A stretch of DNA of 64,000 nucleotides from a virus (IMGVR_UViG_3300042465_003746:23414-87413); one strand, 5' to 3'. Positions 1-10,089 are shown, counted from the first letter of the stretch. Translations and numbers: made by a program. The notes: generated by a model not told the origin, from the letters alone.

Positions 1-317
1 ACATCAGTATTTAATTTTAATCTTTTTGCAATAAACTCATAAGTCTTCTTATCACTAAGAGAACAAGTCTTTGTTAATTGAAAACCTTCTTCTCCATTAG
101 CTTTACGCAAATAGATATGAGCACCGTCTCCTGTAAATCCGAAACTAATTCTATCTTCTCCTTGAATACCTAATAATTCTTGAGTAGCTCTATTGAAAGT
201 AAACTTACGACCTGCTCCTTTCTCTACGATTGCAGACATTGTTACTACAGCAGTTGAATACTTCTCTTCTCTTCTTTTTCTTTGTGCAGGAACTTCTCCC
301 CAAATAATGTTTTCCAT
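1..317 (-). CDS. Hypothetical protein, partial (3' end outside window)
   Basis: ATG at 317 after an A-rich leader; reads MENIIWGEVPAQRKRREEKYSTAVV... open to the window edge; absent from the ORF track because truncated. Confidence 0.75.
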   Translation of the reverse strand, partial: MENIIWGEVPAQRKRREEKYSTAVVTMSAIVEKGAGRKFTFNRATQELLGIQGEDRISFGFTGDGAHIYLRKANGEEGFQLTKTCSLSDKKTYEFIAKRLKLNTD

Positions 318-331
318 GTTTTTACTTTTTT

Positions 332-1006
332 TTAAATTGAATAATAATCTCTAATTGCATCATTTACTATAACTAAATCATTAGCAATAGTGTTTTCCTC
401 GAACATCTCCAATGGAGTTTTACAAGTATCAGAACCTGATGACACAGTTCTAAATACATGTTGATTCGGTTGTCCAGGTGTTTTAATAATCTCTGCATAA
501 AGTACGATAGTACTAAATGATTCAGGCACAAAACGCTCAAGCATCTTGCCCTGTACGCCTATACGCTCACTTGCAAAACCTGCTTCATCATAATGAATAT
601 CTGGATGTGCAAATAAATAAACTATAATGTCCTCCCGCATTGTATCATTAATATAATTAATAAGGTCATACTGCGCTGCGGCCATCTTAGTCCATTTGTC
701 GAATCCTTTCTCTGCTCTAAATGAAGGATTCATAATAGCATCAGTCATAATTCTTGACCAAGTATCTATTATTATTGTTTTAACTTGTGGTAATGCGTTT
801 ACTTTACTTAAAGTTGCGATTACAATGTTTACATCAGAAGTCTTACGATAATTCCGTTTATCTTCATTGTATTTCAAGTTAAATTGCTTAAACGGAAGAG
901 CCTTTTGATCCGTATTAATAATAACTGTTTCGTCAGGATTTAGGTTCCGTAACGAGGTAGATTTCCCCATCCCTGATCTTCCGACCACGAATATTAATTG
1001 AGCCAT
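332..1006 (-). CDS. AAA-family P-loop NTPase (AAA_24/Sak4-like)
   Basis: Walker A GRSGMGKST, Walker B IIIDT, C-terminal TCKTP motif; in the replication module. Confidence 0.85.
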   Translation of the reverse strand: MAQLIFVVGRSGMGKSTSLRNLNPDETVIINTDQKALPFKQFNLKYNEDKRNYRKTSDVNIVIATLSKVNALPQVKTIIIDTWSRIMTDAIMNPSFRAEKGFDKWTKMAAAQYDLINYINDTMREDIIVYLFAHPDIHYDEAGFASERIGVQGKMLERFVPESFSTIVLYAEIIKTPGQPNQHVFRTVSSGSDTCKTPLEMFEENTIANDLVIVNDAIRDYYSI

Positions 1007-1037
1007 AAATAAATTGTTTTTGATTGTTTATACCTAA

Positions 1038-1045
1038 TAAAGATA
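1038..1045 (-). promoter_or_regulatory. Bacteroidota sigma70 -7-like box (TATCTTTA)
   Basis: One mismatch to TAnnTTTG, intergenic, about 30 nt upstream of the ATPase start. Confidence 0.5.
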
Positions 1046-1051
1046 CGAAAT

Positions 1052-1315
1052 TTAACTAAATTGTGCAACTTCTTCTACTACTTTTATAGACCCAGCATCC
1101 CTGTTTATTGCTAGCCATTCTTTGGCTCTACTGACATCATCGTCTGTATGCTGTGGTTCTTTAAGTAGTTCAAAGTAAATACCTTTAGTATCTATTTGTA
1201 CTTTATAAAATAATACTTTTCTTGCTTGTTCAGCAGCTTCTTCATAATCTAATGAAGGAATTCTTCCAGCAATACCATCAGGTTTGCCCCATTGTTCATA
1301 CATTACTCTCGTCAT
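1052..1315 (-). CDS. Hypothetical protein
   Basis: 87 aa ORF, ATGA-coupled to the upstream gene. Confidence 0.65.
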   Translation of the reverse strand: MTRVMYEQWGKPDGIAGRIPSLDYEEAAEQARKVLFYKVQIDTKGIYFELLKEPQHTDDDVSRAKEWLAINRDAGSIKVVEEVAQFS

Positions 1316-1635
1316 GATAAATCTTGTATTTGTTTCTTTACTTCATCTTGTTTCTGCCCCTTTCTTTTCTTGTAACTAACTCCTCTTAAATGAGGGTGTT
1401 CTTCTTGTACTTTACGTGAGGCTCTTCCAAAAGAATCTAAGTAAGGAATTACACGCTGTTCCATATCTTTTAGAGAATCTTTAAATGATCTACTAGTATC
1501 ATACCCTATTTCCAAGAGATAATGATAATACAATCTTTCATTGGAATCTCTGAGTTCAGGATGAATACTTAACTTATTTTTTACCCATTCATACTTGTCC
1601 TTTATCATTGTGTAAAGTTTTATAATATTCATCAA
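1312..1635 (-). CDS. Hypothetical phage protein
   Basis: 107 aa ORF (probable start near 1608), HPELRDSNERL...RASRKVQEEHPHLRG. Confidence 0.7.
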   Translation of the reverse strand: MMNIIKLYTMIKDKYEWVKNKLSIHPELRDSNERLYYHYLLEIGYDTSRSFKDSLKDMEQRVIPYLDSFGRASRKVQEEHPHLRGVSYKKRKGQKQDEVKKQIQDLS

Positions 1636-2677
1636 TCCTCCTTAATTCCTCTGGTTTACCTTGTATCTCTTCTGCTTTAGGTAATTGATAATAACCCCCA
1701 ATCTCTCCTATAAAAAGAAAGCTTGCTAAAAGATTTACATCACCATCTCTATTCTTACATAGTTTAGCTAATCTGTAACGATTCTTATACTTAGTAATAT
1801 CAAATCCTAGGCACTTATCTACTCCAAAATAAAAAGGAGCAGCTAGTCCTATAACAGTATTTGCATCTTCGGCAAGATTAGAGGTATTCTTAATATCACT
1901 CAGCATCGGCATCCAGTTTTCATTCTCTCGTCTATCCATTTGTTCCGAAGACCTATTGATTTGCACAATAGGCACAGGACTAAAATTGAACATATTACGA
2001 AAGAATACTAACGTTTTAGAGATTTTATCAATCGCCTCTTTTAAACTCCCATATTTTCCTAAGTCTACTAGTCCTACGTGGTCTATTACTATTAAAGTTA
2101 TTAAACTAGGATTATTAGGGACATAATCGACAATTAAACCGTCATCATTTCTAATGACTTTGCCTCTATTTTCTGCATACCCTATTAAATCTTTGTATAA
2201 GAAATCAGGATTCAAACTACTACGATAATGAAGATACTTATTTTGAATTTCTTGCATCTTCTCTTCGTAATAGGGAATTAGTTCTTCTACTTCAGGTCTA
2301 ATAGTTAGATTACCTCTTGATAATATCTCGTCCAAAGAAGTTAATATACCGTGCTCTCGCCAAATTAAACCTGCAATATGCTTGGCAATTTGATTCTCAG
2401 GAGGTATTTCTAGAGAATAATAAATAATCTCTACATCATGAATGTAGTTAGGATTAGCTTGTAAAAATTCTATAGCCCCATAAACATAAGCAGAATTAAC
2501 AAAACTAGTTTTACCTACACCTGGACCTGCAAAAATTAAATCATAGCGACCTTGTTGAATATTCTTAACATGATTACTTAAGGTAGTAAAACCTTGAAAA
2601 GGGATACCTGTATTTAAACCTTGTTTACCTCTGTTAATATTATTCTTTAGTCTGTCCCAATACCGTATTTTTGCCAT
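1589..2677 (-). CDS. dnaB: DnaB-like replicative helicase
   Basis: Walker A AGPGVGKTS, YSLE, Walker B LIVIDH, QINR, KNRDG. Confidence 0.88.
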   Translation of the reverse strand: MAKIRYWDRLKNNINRGKQGLNTGIPFQGFTTLSNHVKNIQQGRYDLIFAGPGVGKTSFVNSAYVYGAIEFLQANPNYIHDVEIIYYSLEIPPENQIAKHIAGLIWREHGILTSLDEILSRGNLTIRPEVEELIPYYEEKMQEIQNKYLHYRSSLNPDFLYKDLIGYAENRGKVIRNDDGLIVDYVPNNPSLITLIVIDHVGLVDLGKYGSLKEAIDKISKTLVFFRNMFNFSPVPIVQINRSSEQMDRRENENWMPMLSDIKNTSNLAEDANTVIGLAAPFYFGVDKCLGFDITKYKNRYRLAKLCKNRDGDVNLLASFLFIGEIGGYYQLPKAEEIQGKPEELRRIDEYYKTLHNDKGQV

Positions 2678-2960
2678 TTTGTAAAATTTTAGTTACTGTT
2701 TCTATTTCTTCTAGAATATCTTGTGAATTTTGTCTAGTTAACCAAGTAATATTAGATCTTAAAACTATAATAGCATACTGAGGATCATAATTTTCAACAG
2801 TTCTTCCATTTAATAAATCTAAAGATTTTTCAAGAGAATCTAGTTTAGGCTGTAACATATTACATAATTGATAAATGTTCTTTCCCAGTTTAAGTAAATG
2901 AGTTAAATTAGCAAAATCTTTTTTAAAAACAGAAATACTAAATTCTAATGAATTTTCCAT
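2640..2960 (-). CDS. Hypothetical protein
   Basis: 106 aa ORF within the operon. Confidence 0.6.
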   Translation of the reverse strand: MENSLEFSISVFKKDFANLTHLLKLGKNIYQLCNMLQPKLDSLEKSLDLLNGRTVENYDPQYAIIVLRSNITWLTRQNSQDILEEIETVTKILQNGKNTVLGQTKE

Positions 2961-2970
2961 AAATATTTAA

Positions 2971-3537
2971 TTAAATTGTGTCATTATTCCATTCTTTTTC
3001 TTCTGTACCTCCTTCTTGGATAAATACACTCCATTGCTCCCACATACTATTATTCATTACTGTTTCCATATTGGGTAAAAAGGATAGTTTATTAGCTCTC
3101 TTTTGCTGCGCTATAAAGGCTTCAATAGATGCTACAGCTAATTCGTGTTGTTCCGTAGTTTTAACTCTTGCTAAGTACTTCTTTTCATGCTTTTCTGCTA
3201 TTTGTGTAGTAGGACCTGCTGCTCTAAGAACTCTAGGGCCAACCTTTACAGGATAACAATTATAGAATTCCCAGAAATTAATAACATCACTACGTATTTC
3301 AAATAGTTTTTCTACTGCTTTATTACTCACAATAGTTTCAGTGAATTTTACAGTATGATGACTTAATATATACCCAGTAGTTACTATTAGTTTATTTCTA
3401 AGATTTATAGAATTAGTCTTACCAAATATTTCTGCAATATTATCAAACTTCTTATAATATAAAAGCTGTAACATCACTAGAGCATCAGGAGATAACCCAG
3501 ACTTTTTAAGTAAAGCTAAGTTTAGTTTTATATCCAT
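2971..3537 (-). CDS. Putative replication initiator / helicase-loader-like protein
   Basis: C-terminal FWEFYNCYPVKVG...LPNMETVMNNSMWEQW resembles phage replisome-organiser C-domains; between two helicases. Confidence 0.55.
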   Translation of the reverse strand: MDIKLNLALLKKSGLSPDALVMLQLLYYKKFDNIAEIFGKTNSINLRNKLIVTTGYILSHHTVKFTETIVSNKAVEKLFEIRSDVINFWEFYNCYPVKVGPRVLRAAGPTTQIAEKHEKKYLARVKTTEQHELAVASIEAFIAQQKRANKLSFLPNMETVMNNSMWEQWSVFIQEGGTEEKEWNNDTI

Positions 3538-4616
3538 TTAATTTTAGTTTTTTCAAATCCCTGTAAAGCAGATGCCATCCAAATCTCGTCTTGTGTGCCT
3601 TTAAGATATACTATGTAAATCTTAGCCTTAGACTTTCCTTGGAGATTCATTGCTCTCATGGTTTGCTGAATACATAGACTTTCTACGCTTTTCAACTGAT
3701 TAAATACTGCTACTTTTAAATTAGGAATAGTAATGCCCATAGATATCATAGAAATTACAGATAATTTATTAATAGTTCCATTCTTGAAGTCCTCCAAAGA
3801 AGATTTATTAGCATTGCTATGATAACAACCTTCACCAATTTGATTAGCGATTTCTTGTCTACCTGTAAATACTAAACATCTACCCATCTTTGGGTCATCA
3901 ACTATTGCTTTAGTTGCTGCTACTTTACTTCTAGAATTATAAATAATACCTGTTCTCTTAGACATTAAAAATCGTAAGTTTTTATACTTACCCTGAACTA
4001 CATCTCTTTTATATCTACTATCCCAATAAGAATAAGCTTCTAACTCTGTTTGGTTAAATGGAGCAGCTTCTGTGCCTGCTAGAACATATTTGTCTGTATC
4101 ATCCAAAGGAACCCCTACACATATTATCTCATAGTCAGCAATAATTTTATCTTTAATAGCTTGTGCAAAAGTATAAGTATAAAAAGGCACTAAGCTTAGT
4201 ATATTACCTAGATTAAATTCATCTTGCTGTGTTAAAGTTCCCGTTAGTCCTAGAATTCTAGAACCTTTTATTTGACGTTTACGTAATTCTGCTAATACTT
4301 TTAGATTATAACTATGACATTCATCTGCTATAATTAGATTATAAGTGTCTTTGTTCTTCTTTAAACTATTACTCCATACATATTCTACTTCAATATTGTC
4401 TACTAAATTCCAAGTAACTATTTCTCTTTTCCAATCTTCTAGAATAGACAATTGGGGTGCCATTATTAGCACCTTAATTGTCTTATCTACAGTATTCAAT
4501 GCGTCAATTGTTATCTTGCATTTACCGACACGAGGACTTACAAAAAGAATTCCATTAAACCGATTTAGTACTACAGCATCACTTGCTTCTTTTTGTATTT
4601 TCTCTCGTTTCTTCAT
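3528..4616 (-). CDS. Superfamily 2 (DExH) helicase
   Basis: SPRVGKC motif I, IIADECH motif II, LGLTGT motif III, QQTMRAMN motif VI-like. Confidence 0.85.
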   Translation of the reverse strand: MKKREKIQKEASDAVVLNRFNGILFVSPRVGKCKITIDALNTVDKTIKVLIMAPQLSILEDWKREIVTWNLVDNIEVEYVWSNSLKKNKDTYNLIIADECHSYNLKVLAELRKRQIKGSRILGLTGTLTQQDEFNLGNILSLVPFYTYTFAQAIKDKIIADYEIICVGVPLDDTDKYVLAGTEAAPFNQTELEAYSYWDSRYKRDVVQGKYKNLRFLMSKRTGIIYNSRSKVAATKAIVDDPKMGRCLVFTGRQEIANQIGEGCYHSNANKSSLEDFKNGTINKLSVISMISMGITIPNLKVAVFNQLKSVESLCIQQTMRAMNLQGKSKAKIYIVYLKGTQDEIWMASALQGFEKTKIKWI

Positions 4617-5041
4617 AGTGTTATTAATTTATAATCTGTTTTTTGCTTCCAACCTTGTAGATGTATATCAGAAGGAACCCATTTTAATAAAGGCATCGGA
4701 TGTCTATTATTCTCTAGCCATTCTTCATAGTTTTCCTTAATAACTTTTACTACTTCTGAGTCACTAGTAATTTTAAACAGGTGCAATATTGCACCATGAG
4801 ATCTAGATATTACTCTACCAATCTCTGCATAAGATAATCCTTTATCAAATAATGCATGAGCAGTTACTTTTCTCATTTCTACTAAATAACTATTTTGATA
4901 TCTAGCATTTAATGCAAAATAATTCCTTAAAGGCGTTAAACTTTCTAGTAATTGAATCTCTTTTTTTAATCTTTCAATTCTATCTTCAAAAGATTCTTCT
5001 TTAAACATTTTCTTACTTCCTACTTTCATTAGTGTTGCCAT
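4613..5041 (-). CDS. HTH DNA-binding protein
   Basis: GLSYAEIGRVISRSHGAILH helix-turn-helix. Confidence 0.6.
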   Translation of the reverse strand: MATLMKVGSKKMFKEESFEDRIERLKKEIQLLESLTPLRNYFALNARYQNSYLVEMRKVTAHALFDKGLSYAEIGRVISRSHGAILHLFKITSDSEVVKVIKENYEEWLENNRHPMPLLKWVPSDIHLQGWKQKTDYKLITL

Positions 5042-7038
5042 TTATGAGTTATCATTGGTTCAGCTTTAAGTTTTACTACTTTGCAAAACACATCACCTGC
5101 TCTTTCCATACAATCTTGTAATACTTCCGCCATACCTTTAGCCATTTCTTCTGGACATTCTACTAACCACTCATCGTGAACTACATTAGGTAGTTTTACT
5201 TTGAATATTAGATCATTATCCGCTAGATACTTAAAGAAATATATACCAGCAAGTTTAGTTATATCAGCACTACTACCTTGAACAGGATAATTTAGAGACA
5301 TTCTTTCAATATCTCCACGCTTCATAAAATACTCTCGAACTTTTGGCTTAAAATGGGTCTTAAAGATACTAGAATCCATTGACTTTTCCAACTTATAACT
5401 GTCCCAAAATCCCTCAGTTTCATAAATTTCTTTATGAAGTTTTTGAAATTCTTCAAAGAAAGGAATAAAGCATTTTCTTCCACTAATATTATTAAATTGG
5501 ATATATCCTAATTCTATTGCTCTTTTCTTTTCTACCTTAAAATAGTTAGCTAATCCAGGAAATGCTTTAAAATAAGCCTTATAGACTGCTTCACCCTCTT
5601 CCATAGATATATTTAGATTCTGAGCAATAGTTATACCTGTACCGCCATAATTTATAGCAAAACCTGCACCTTTAGCAATCTGTCTTTTACTTTTATGATT
5701 ATTCTTTATCTCATCTAGACTTAAATCTCCTAACTCAGGAAATATCTTCGATGCGATAAACGAGTGCATATCCCCAAGACCTTTAGAATAAAATTCAAGT
5801 AAATCTTTGTCCAAAGATTTATTGGCCAATACTATCTGTTCTTGCCCACTGTAATCGCTTACTATTAGCACGTTGCCCTTCTCCGCTTGGAAGCAACTTC
5901 TAGTTCTACTATCAGCAGGTATATTTTGCATATTAGGCATTTGAGGCATACCCTTTTTAGGAGCTCCTTTCTGACCGCTAGACAGCCTGCCTGTGTTCAT
6001 AATTTGTGTATAGTTACTATGAATTCTTCCTGTTACAGAGCTTATATATTTAAACCAATTCTCACCATAAGTACTAACTACTTTTTGATGCTCAGTATAT
6101 TCTATATAAGTAGAAATAATAGTATGTTTCTTCTTTTGTGGGCCTAAGACTTTCTTGTCTACAGAATCTTTCATCATTCCCGTTAGTTTATCCTTAGTCA
6201 GCGTATCAACGCCTAAAGACTGCATAAAAGGAATAACTTGCTTAGAAGAAGCCCAATTAATTTTACAAGTAATACCCTCGTCAAATAAAGACAATTGATT
6301 ATTTACAAACTTTGGATAAGTATCTGCATTATCTAATATAAATTGATCTAATTGTTTTTTAACAACATCTAAATCTTTTAAATCTTCTGTGCACTTACTT
6401 TGCCAATCTTGACTATTCATAAACATACCACAATACTCTATATATGCTAACACACATACAAATTGATTATCTAAAGAAGCAGTTTTGTGTAATTGCTTTT
6501 CTTGAAGAGCAACTTCTTGTTTCCTTTTAACCTGATGAAGATATTTAACATCATCAGCAGCATATTTAATAACTCTTGTAGTCAATCCCTCTCTATGGAT
6601 ATTTCCTCTAATAGTTTTATCTAACTCTATTTTACAATATCTGTAAACTACAGCGTCTAACGATCTTCTAATAGTATCAATACCAGTAGTGAGAATTCTT
6701 TCTACTAAAAAAGTATCAAATATTTTCATAGGTACAATTTGATAATAATATAGGAACCTAAGATCAAATTTAGCATTGTGCATTATTAACACTTTGCTCT
6801 CTAATAATTCTTTATACAACTTAGGATTTACAGTAAGACAATCTATTACATATTGTTTACTTTCATCACCTAATTGCATACTTAGTAAATCCTTTGTGAA
6901 AGGATCCATTCCTCTAGTTTCTGTATCAAATCCTATAACATCTAAATCCTTTAAGTATTCTATTGACTCCTCTACAGTAGCCATAGAATAGCCAGAAGGA
7001 ATAAATAATTCCTTCTGACCAGTAACTAAATAAATCAT
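5029..7038 (-). CDS. polA: Family A DNA polymerase with 3'-5' exonuclease
   Basis: Exo motifs DTET, HNAKFD, YAADD; polymerase motifs TGRLSS, PNMQNIP, DYSGQE, RQIAKGAGFAINYG, NYPVQG, VHDE. Confidence 0.96.
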   Translation of the reverse strand: MIYLVTGQKELFIPSGYSMATVEESIEYLKDLDVIGFDTETRGMDPFTKDLLSMQLGDESKQYVIDCLTVNPKLYKELLESKVLIMHNAKFDLRFLYYYQIVPMKIFDTFLVERILTTGIDTIRRSLDAVVYRYCKIELDKTIRGNIHREGLTTRVIKYAADDVKYLHQVKRKQEVALQEKQLHKTASLDNQFVCVLAYIEYCGMFMNSQDWQSKCTEDLKDLDVVKKQLDQFILDNADTYPKFVNNQLSLFDEGITCKINWASSKQVIPFMQSLGVDTLTKDKLTGMMKDSVDKKVLGPQKKKHTIISTYIEYTEHQKVVSTYGENWFKYISSVTGRIHSNYTQIMNTGRLSSGQKGAPKKGMPQMPNMQNIPADSRTRSCFQAEKGNVLIVSDYSGQEQIVLANKSLDKDLLEFYSKGLGDMHSFIASKIFPELGDLSLDEIKNNHKSKRQIAKGAGFAINYGGTGITIAQNLNISMEEGEAVYKAYFKAFPGLANYFKVEKKRAIELGYIQFNNISGRKCFIPFFEEFQKLHKEIYETEGFWDSYKLEKSMDSSIFKTHFKPKVREYFMKRGDIERMSLNYPVQGSSADITKLAGIYFFKYLADNDLIFKVKLPNVVHDEWLVECPEEMAKGMAEVLQDCMERAGDVFCKVVKLKAEPMITHKWQH

Positions 7039-7175
7039 TCTCCCTCTTCGTTATTTTTTGTAATAATTATACGATTAACTCTAGTAGCTAAAAAAGATTT
7101 AAACCATGCTCTACTATAAGGCACGGTAGCTAAAGCAAGTCTGCCTAATACTAATTTTCTAGGAAATCTGCGCAT
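7035..7175 (-). CDS. Small hypothetical protein (46 aa)
   Basis: MRRFPRKLVLGRLAL...NEEGE; TGA overlaps the polymerase ATG; fills the gap in the operon. Confidence 0.5.
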   Translation of the reverse strand: MRRFPRKLVLGRLALATVPYSRAWFKSFLATRVNRIIITKNNEEGE

Positions 7176-7377
7176 AACTCTCTTGTCTTATTAATACTCT
7201 TAAACAAGCTTTTGCTGACTTTTCATTATCATACACACATACATTGCCTTTCTTTGATTCAGCAATACTCTTAGTAGTTTTATCTCCCCAAAATTTCCAG
7301 AAAGGCTTAACAATTGGTTCTACTACCATCACGATAAATTTACCGTCTAATTCTTCAATTAAAAATTCTCTTTTCAT
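7159..7377 (-). CDS. Hypothetical protein
   Basis: 72 aa ORF with A-rich leader. Confidence 0.65.
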   Translation of the reverse strand: MKREFLIEELDGKFIVMVVEPIVKPFWKFWGDKTTKSIAESKKGNVCVYDNEKSAKACLRVLIRQESYAQIS

Positions 7378-7397
7378 CTTCTTTTTTTATTTGTTTA

Positions 7398-7613
7398 TTA
7401 CTTGTTTAAATTCTTAAGATCGTGTTCTTTCATAGAACATACAAACTCTACCTCTGTAGTAGCTGGCAATAGAAAGTTCTCATTATTATCAGTCTCGCAT
7501 ACTGCGTCTAGTGACTCTATATAATAAAAGTTAAATTCTTCTTTAAGCTTACCGTTTACTTCAAATCCTTCTATTCTTACTCTAGAATATCTAGGTATTT
7601 CAAATAGTGTCAT
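7398..7613 (-). CDS. Hypothetical protein
   Basis: 71 aa ORF, ATGA-coupled. Confidence 0.65.
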   Translation of the reverse strand: MTLFEIPRYSRVRIEGFEVNGKLKEEFNFYYIESLDAVCETDNNENFLLPATTEVEFVCSMKEHDLKNLNK

Positions 7614-7804
7614 AACTCTTTTCTACTTTTAGGTTTAATTACTAAGTGTTTGTCTACTTGTTTATCAAGTATTTGTGTTACTCTATCAACATAAGTTACT
7701 TCTACTTCTCCTTTTGCTAACATAGATAAAGCTATTTCCTCAAATTCATTTTCAGGAATATGTACAAACTTTATTGTACCGTTCATTATTATTTCTGTCT
7801 TCAT
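7610..7804 (-). CDS. Hypothetical protein
   Basis: 64 aa ORF in the tandem array. Confidence 0.65.
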   Translation of the reverse strand: MKTEIIMNGTIKFVHIPENEFEEIALSMLAKGEVEVTYVDRVTQILDKQVDKHLVIKPKSRKEL

Positions 7805-7806
7805 AA

Positions 7807-7962
7807 TTATTTTCTTTTACTTGTAATACTTATAAATAGTATTCCTGTTAATAAAAATCCAATTCCACCAAATATTTTTGATGAGTTATTAGCTCCATTC
7901 ATAGCTAAATATATTGACAATGCTGCTAAAATTGTAAATGCTATTATAAATAAATATTTCAT
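7807..7962 (-). CDS. Small two-TM membrane protein (51 aa)
   Basis: MKYLFIIAFTILAALSIYLAMNG...IFGGIGFLLTGILFISITSKRK; fills the gap exactly. Confidence 0.65.
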   Translation of the reverse strand: MKYLFIIAFTILAALSIYLAMNGANNSSKIFGGIGFLLTGILFISITSKRK

Positions 7963-7965
7963 ATC

Positions 7966-8466
7966 TTACTTTTTAAGTATTAAACATCCTGATGAGTCAA
8001 GTTTTGGTTCAGGCACTGCGTATATGTTAGACATATCAATCACAACATCTATTTCTTTTGGTTGTTGAAGGGATTGGATAAGTTGTTGAAAAAATGTTGC
8101 ACCACTCTTACCATCTTCATAACCTACATAATATGCTTTCCTTATATCTTCCAAAGTAAACACCTTGTCTTTATTCAACTCCATTGCTTTGTTGAAGCCT
8201 GCCTCAAAATCTCTAACAGATTCTTTTTCCCATTCTTGCATCACCATACCTCCGTATGTATTTCGTACAATTTCTTTTGAATGCTCTATACCTAATGAGT
8301 GAACATCAACTACTCCAAATAGTTCATCACAGTTTTGTTTGGATAGTTTATAACATCCTTTTGTTTTACCAAAATACCATTCATCTGTGGTGGCAAATGT
8401 GGTTCCATCATTATTTGCAATAAAATAAAAATCAGGTTCTGAATGTTTAATTAGTTTTGCTTTCAT
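7966..8466 (-). CDS. Hypothetical phage protein
   Basis: 166 aa ORF starting MKAKLIK. Confidence 0.75.
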   Translation of the reverse strand: MKAKLIKHSEPDFYFIANNDGTTFATTDEWYFGKTKGCYKLSKQNCDELFGVVDVHSLGIEHSKEIVRNTYGGMVMQEWEKESVRDFEAGFNKAMELNKDKVFTLEDIRKAYYVGYEDGKSGATFFQQLIQSLQQPKEIDVVIDMSNIYAVPEPKLDSSGCLILKK

Positions 8467-8626
8467 TTTCTAAAAGTTTATTTAGTTCTTTATAAATACC
8501 TGCTGCTGTTATAATTGCAACAATAGTATTTGATACCCATACAGGAAAAGGATTATGATACAACCATATACCAAATACTATTGAAATTGCTAAGTATATT
8601 AATTTCTTAATTAGTTTTGCTTTCAT
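8447..8626 (-). CDS. Small two-TM membrane protein (59 aa)
   Basis: Probable start MKAKLIKKLIYLAISIVFGIW at 8626, directly after the upstream stop. Confidence 0.65.
   Translation of the reverse strand: MKAKLIKKLIYLAISIVFGIWLYHNPFPVWVSNTIVAIITAAGIYKELNKLLENESKTN
8447..8626. repeat. 20 bp perfect direct repeat TTAATTAGTTTTGCTTTCAT (8447-8466, 8607-8626)
   Basis: Identical sequences encoding MKAKLI(K) at the start of two adjacent genes. Confidence 0.9.
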
Positions 8627-8627
8627 C

Positions 8628-8819
8628 TTATTCTGATTTAAAGGTTTCATTATAGTATTGTTCTGCTCTACCCATATTAGGGTCAAAGTTTGTTCCCATA
8701 GAATCATAGACTGCTTTCATTATCTGTTGCTTCTCCATTTCTTTGGCTTTTTCAAAATACCAACCATTATCTACTAAATCAATATCTAATTGTTTTTCTA
8801 ACCATTCTACTGCTGTCAT
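8628..8819 (-). CDS. Small hypothetical protein (AKEMEKQQI...EQYYNE type)
   Basis: 63 aa; paralogous to 8858..9049. Confidence 0.75.
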   Translation of the reverse strand: MTAVEWLEKQLDIDLVDNGWYFEKAKEMEKQQIMKAVYDSMGTNFDPNMGRAEQYYNETFKSE

Positions 8820-8857
8820 AATTTTAGTTTTTTTTAAATGTTATACTTTTCTGTTGT

Positions 8858-9049
8858 TCAATTATTATACTTTTCTGTTTTTTTTAAAAATTCATTATAA
8901 TATTGTTCACTTGTCATCATTGATATATGACTTGTTTCATAAGCATCTATTATCTGTTGCTTAAATAACTCATTAGCTTCTGCTATATCTGAGCTATGAA
9001 GTATTCCATTCTCTGCTAGTCTTTTTACTAGTAAATCTATTGGTGTCAT
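8858..9049 (-). CDS. Small hypothetical protein, paralog of 8628..8819
   Basis: Shares KQQI..A...EQYYNE. Confidence 0.75.
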   Translation of the reverse strand: MTPIDLLVKRLAENGILHSSDIAEANELFKQQIIDAYETSHISMMTSEQYYNEFLKKTEKYNN

Positions 9050-9432
9050 AGTTCTGATATTTTTAGTTCTTCATTAGTCAATGCAAAATATAGATTCTGA
9101 AGTTGGTGGACGTGTTTTTCACCAAGTGATAAAAGTTGAATACTTCCTTTTTTTTCACCATCATAAAAGGATTCTAAACATAACATTTTAGAATTAATAT
9201 TATATGTAAAACAGTCAGAATCAGCTAAATTATCATAATCAAAATACAATCTAAACCAATTATGATTACCTTTCTCAAACCCAAACTTTAAAAGCCATTC
9301 TTCTGTTAGTGGGATTGGTTCGCAATAAACGGCTACATAATCTATTTCATGACCATATTTAATCTGATTAAATGGATTATCGATAGACATGTTTTTATAC
9401 CAATTATTAATCCTTAATTCTGCTGCTGTCAT
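9046..9432 (-). CDS. Hypothetical phage protein (YopX-like family)
   Basis: EPIPLTEEWLLKFGF and HVHQLQNLYFALTNEEL motifs. Confidence 0.7.
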   Translation of the reverse strand: MTAAELRINNWYKNMSIDNPFNQIKYGHEIDYVAVYCEPIPLTEEWLLKFGFEKGNHNWFRLYFDYDNLADSDCFTYNINSKMLCLESFYDGEKKGSIQLLSLGEKHVHQLQNLYFALTNEELKISEL

Positions 9433-9689
9433 AATTTTCTTATTTTATGATTAAAAATATCATCTAAGTAATCACTTCTAAAGGACATACCTCCTATTTC
9501 ATGGTCAGCTGGAGACTCAATTACATGGTCCTGCTTTACTTTAAATTCTGGAAATACATCTTTAAATATAGCTACTGAGTCACGTACCATAGACGGTGCG
9601 TATGTATGTCTTCCATGTGCATATCTTGCAGCCATCCATAAGATATTCTCAATAGCTGACTGAAGTTTTTTTTCATCTGATTTTTTCAT
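9429..9689 (-). CDS. Hypothetical protein
   Basis: 86 aa, MAARYAHGRHTYAPSMV. Confidence 0.7.
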   Translation of the reverse strand: MKKSDEKKLQSAIENILWMAARYAHGRHTYAPSMVRDSVAIFKDVFPEFKVKQDHVIESPADHEIGGMSFRSDYLDDIFNHKIRKL

Positions 9690-9801
9690 AATCTTTTTGT
9701 TTAATTATTACTGCTTAATCGGTTTTAATCCGTTTATGTGTGATTTTGTTTACATTAAGCGGTTTACTGTAACCTAGTATATCTATTTGTTAATGTCAAC
9801 A

Positions 9802-10089
9802 CTATAATACATCTTTTTTAAATTTAGGACTACATCCCATCATGATTGTAAACCTGAACGACTGCTTCAAAAAACTTCTATTAATCTTGTACATCTTAAT
9901 AGTGTCTGCCACTATCTTCTCAAACACGTCCTCGTCTATCTCGTAGTCCAAAAACGGTATGACCTTCTGTCTTTGTTCATTAGTAGTAGCGTTTTCTAAT
10001 AACTCATCAAAAGATGCAGGAGGAGTTGCATTTGCAAACAACTCCCTATAACAATGCATCATTGCTTTATCAATGTTTTTATTTGTCAT
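9802..10089 (-). CDS. Hypothetical protein
   Basis: 95 aa ORF in operon. Confidence 0.7.
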   Translation of the reverse strand: MTNKNIDKAMMHCYRELFANATPPASFDELLENATTNEQRQKVIPFLDYEIDEDVFEKIVADTIKMYKINRSFLKQSFRFTIMMGCSPKFKKDVL

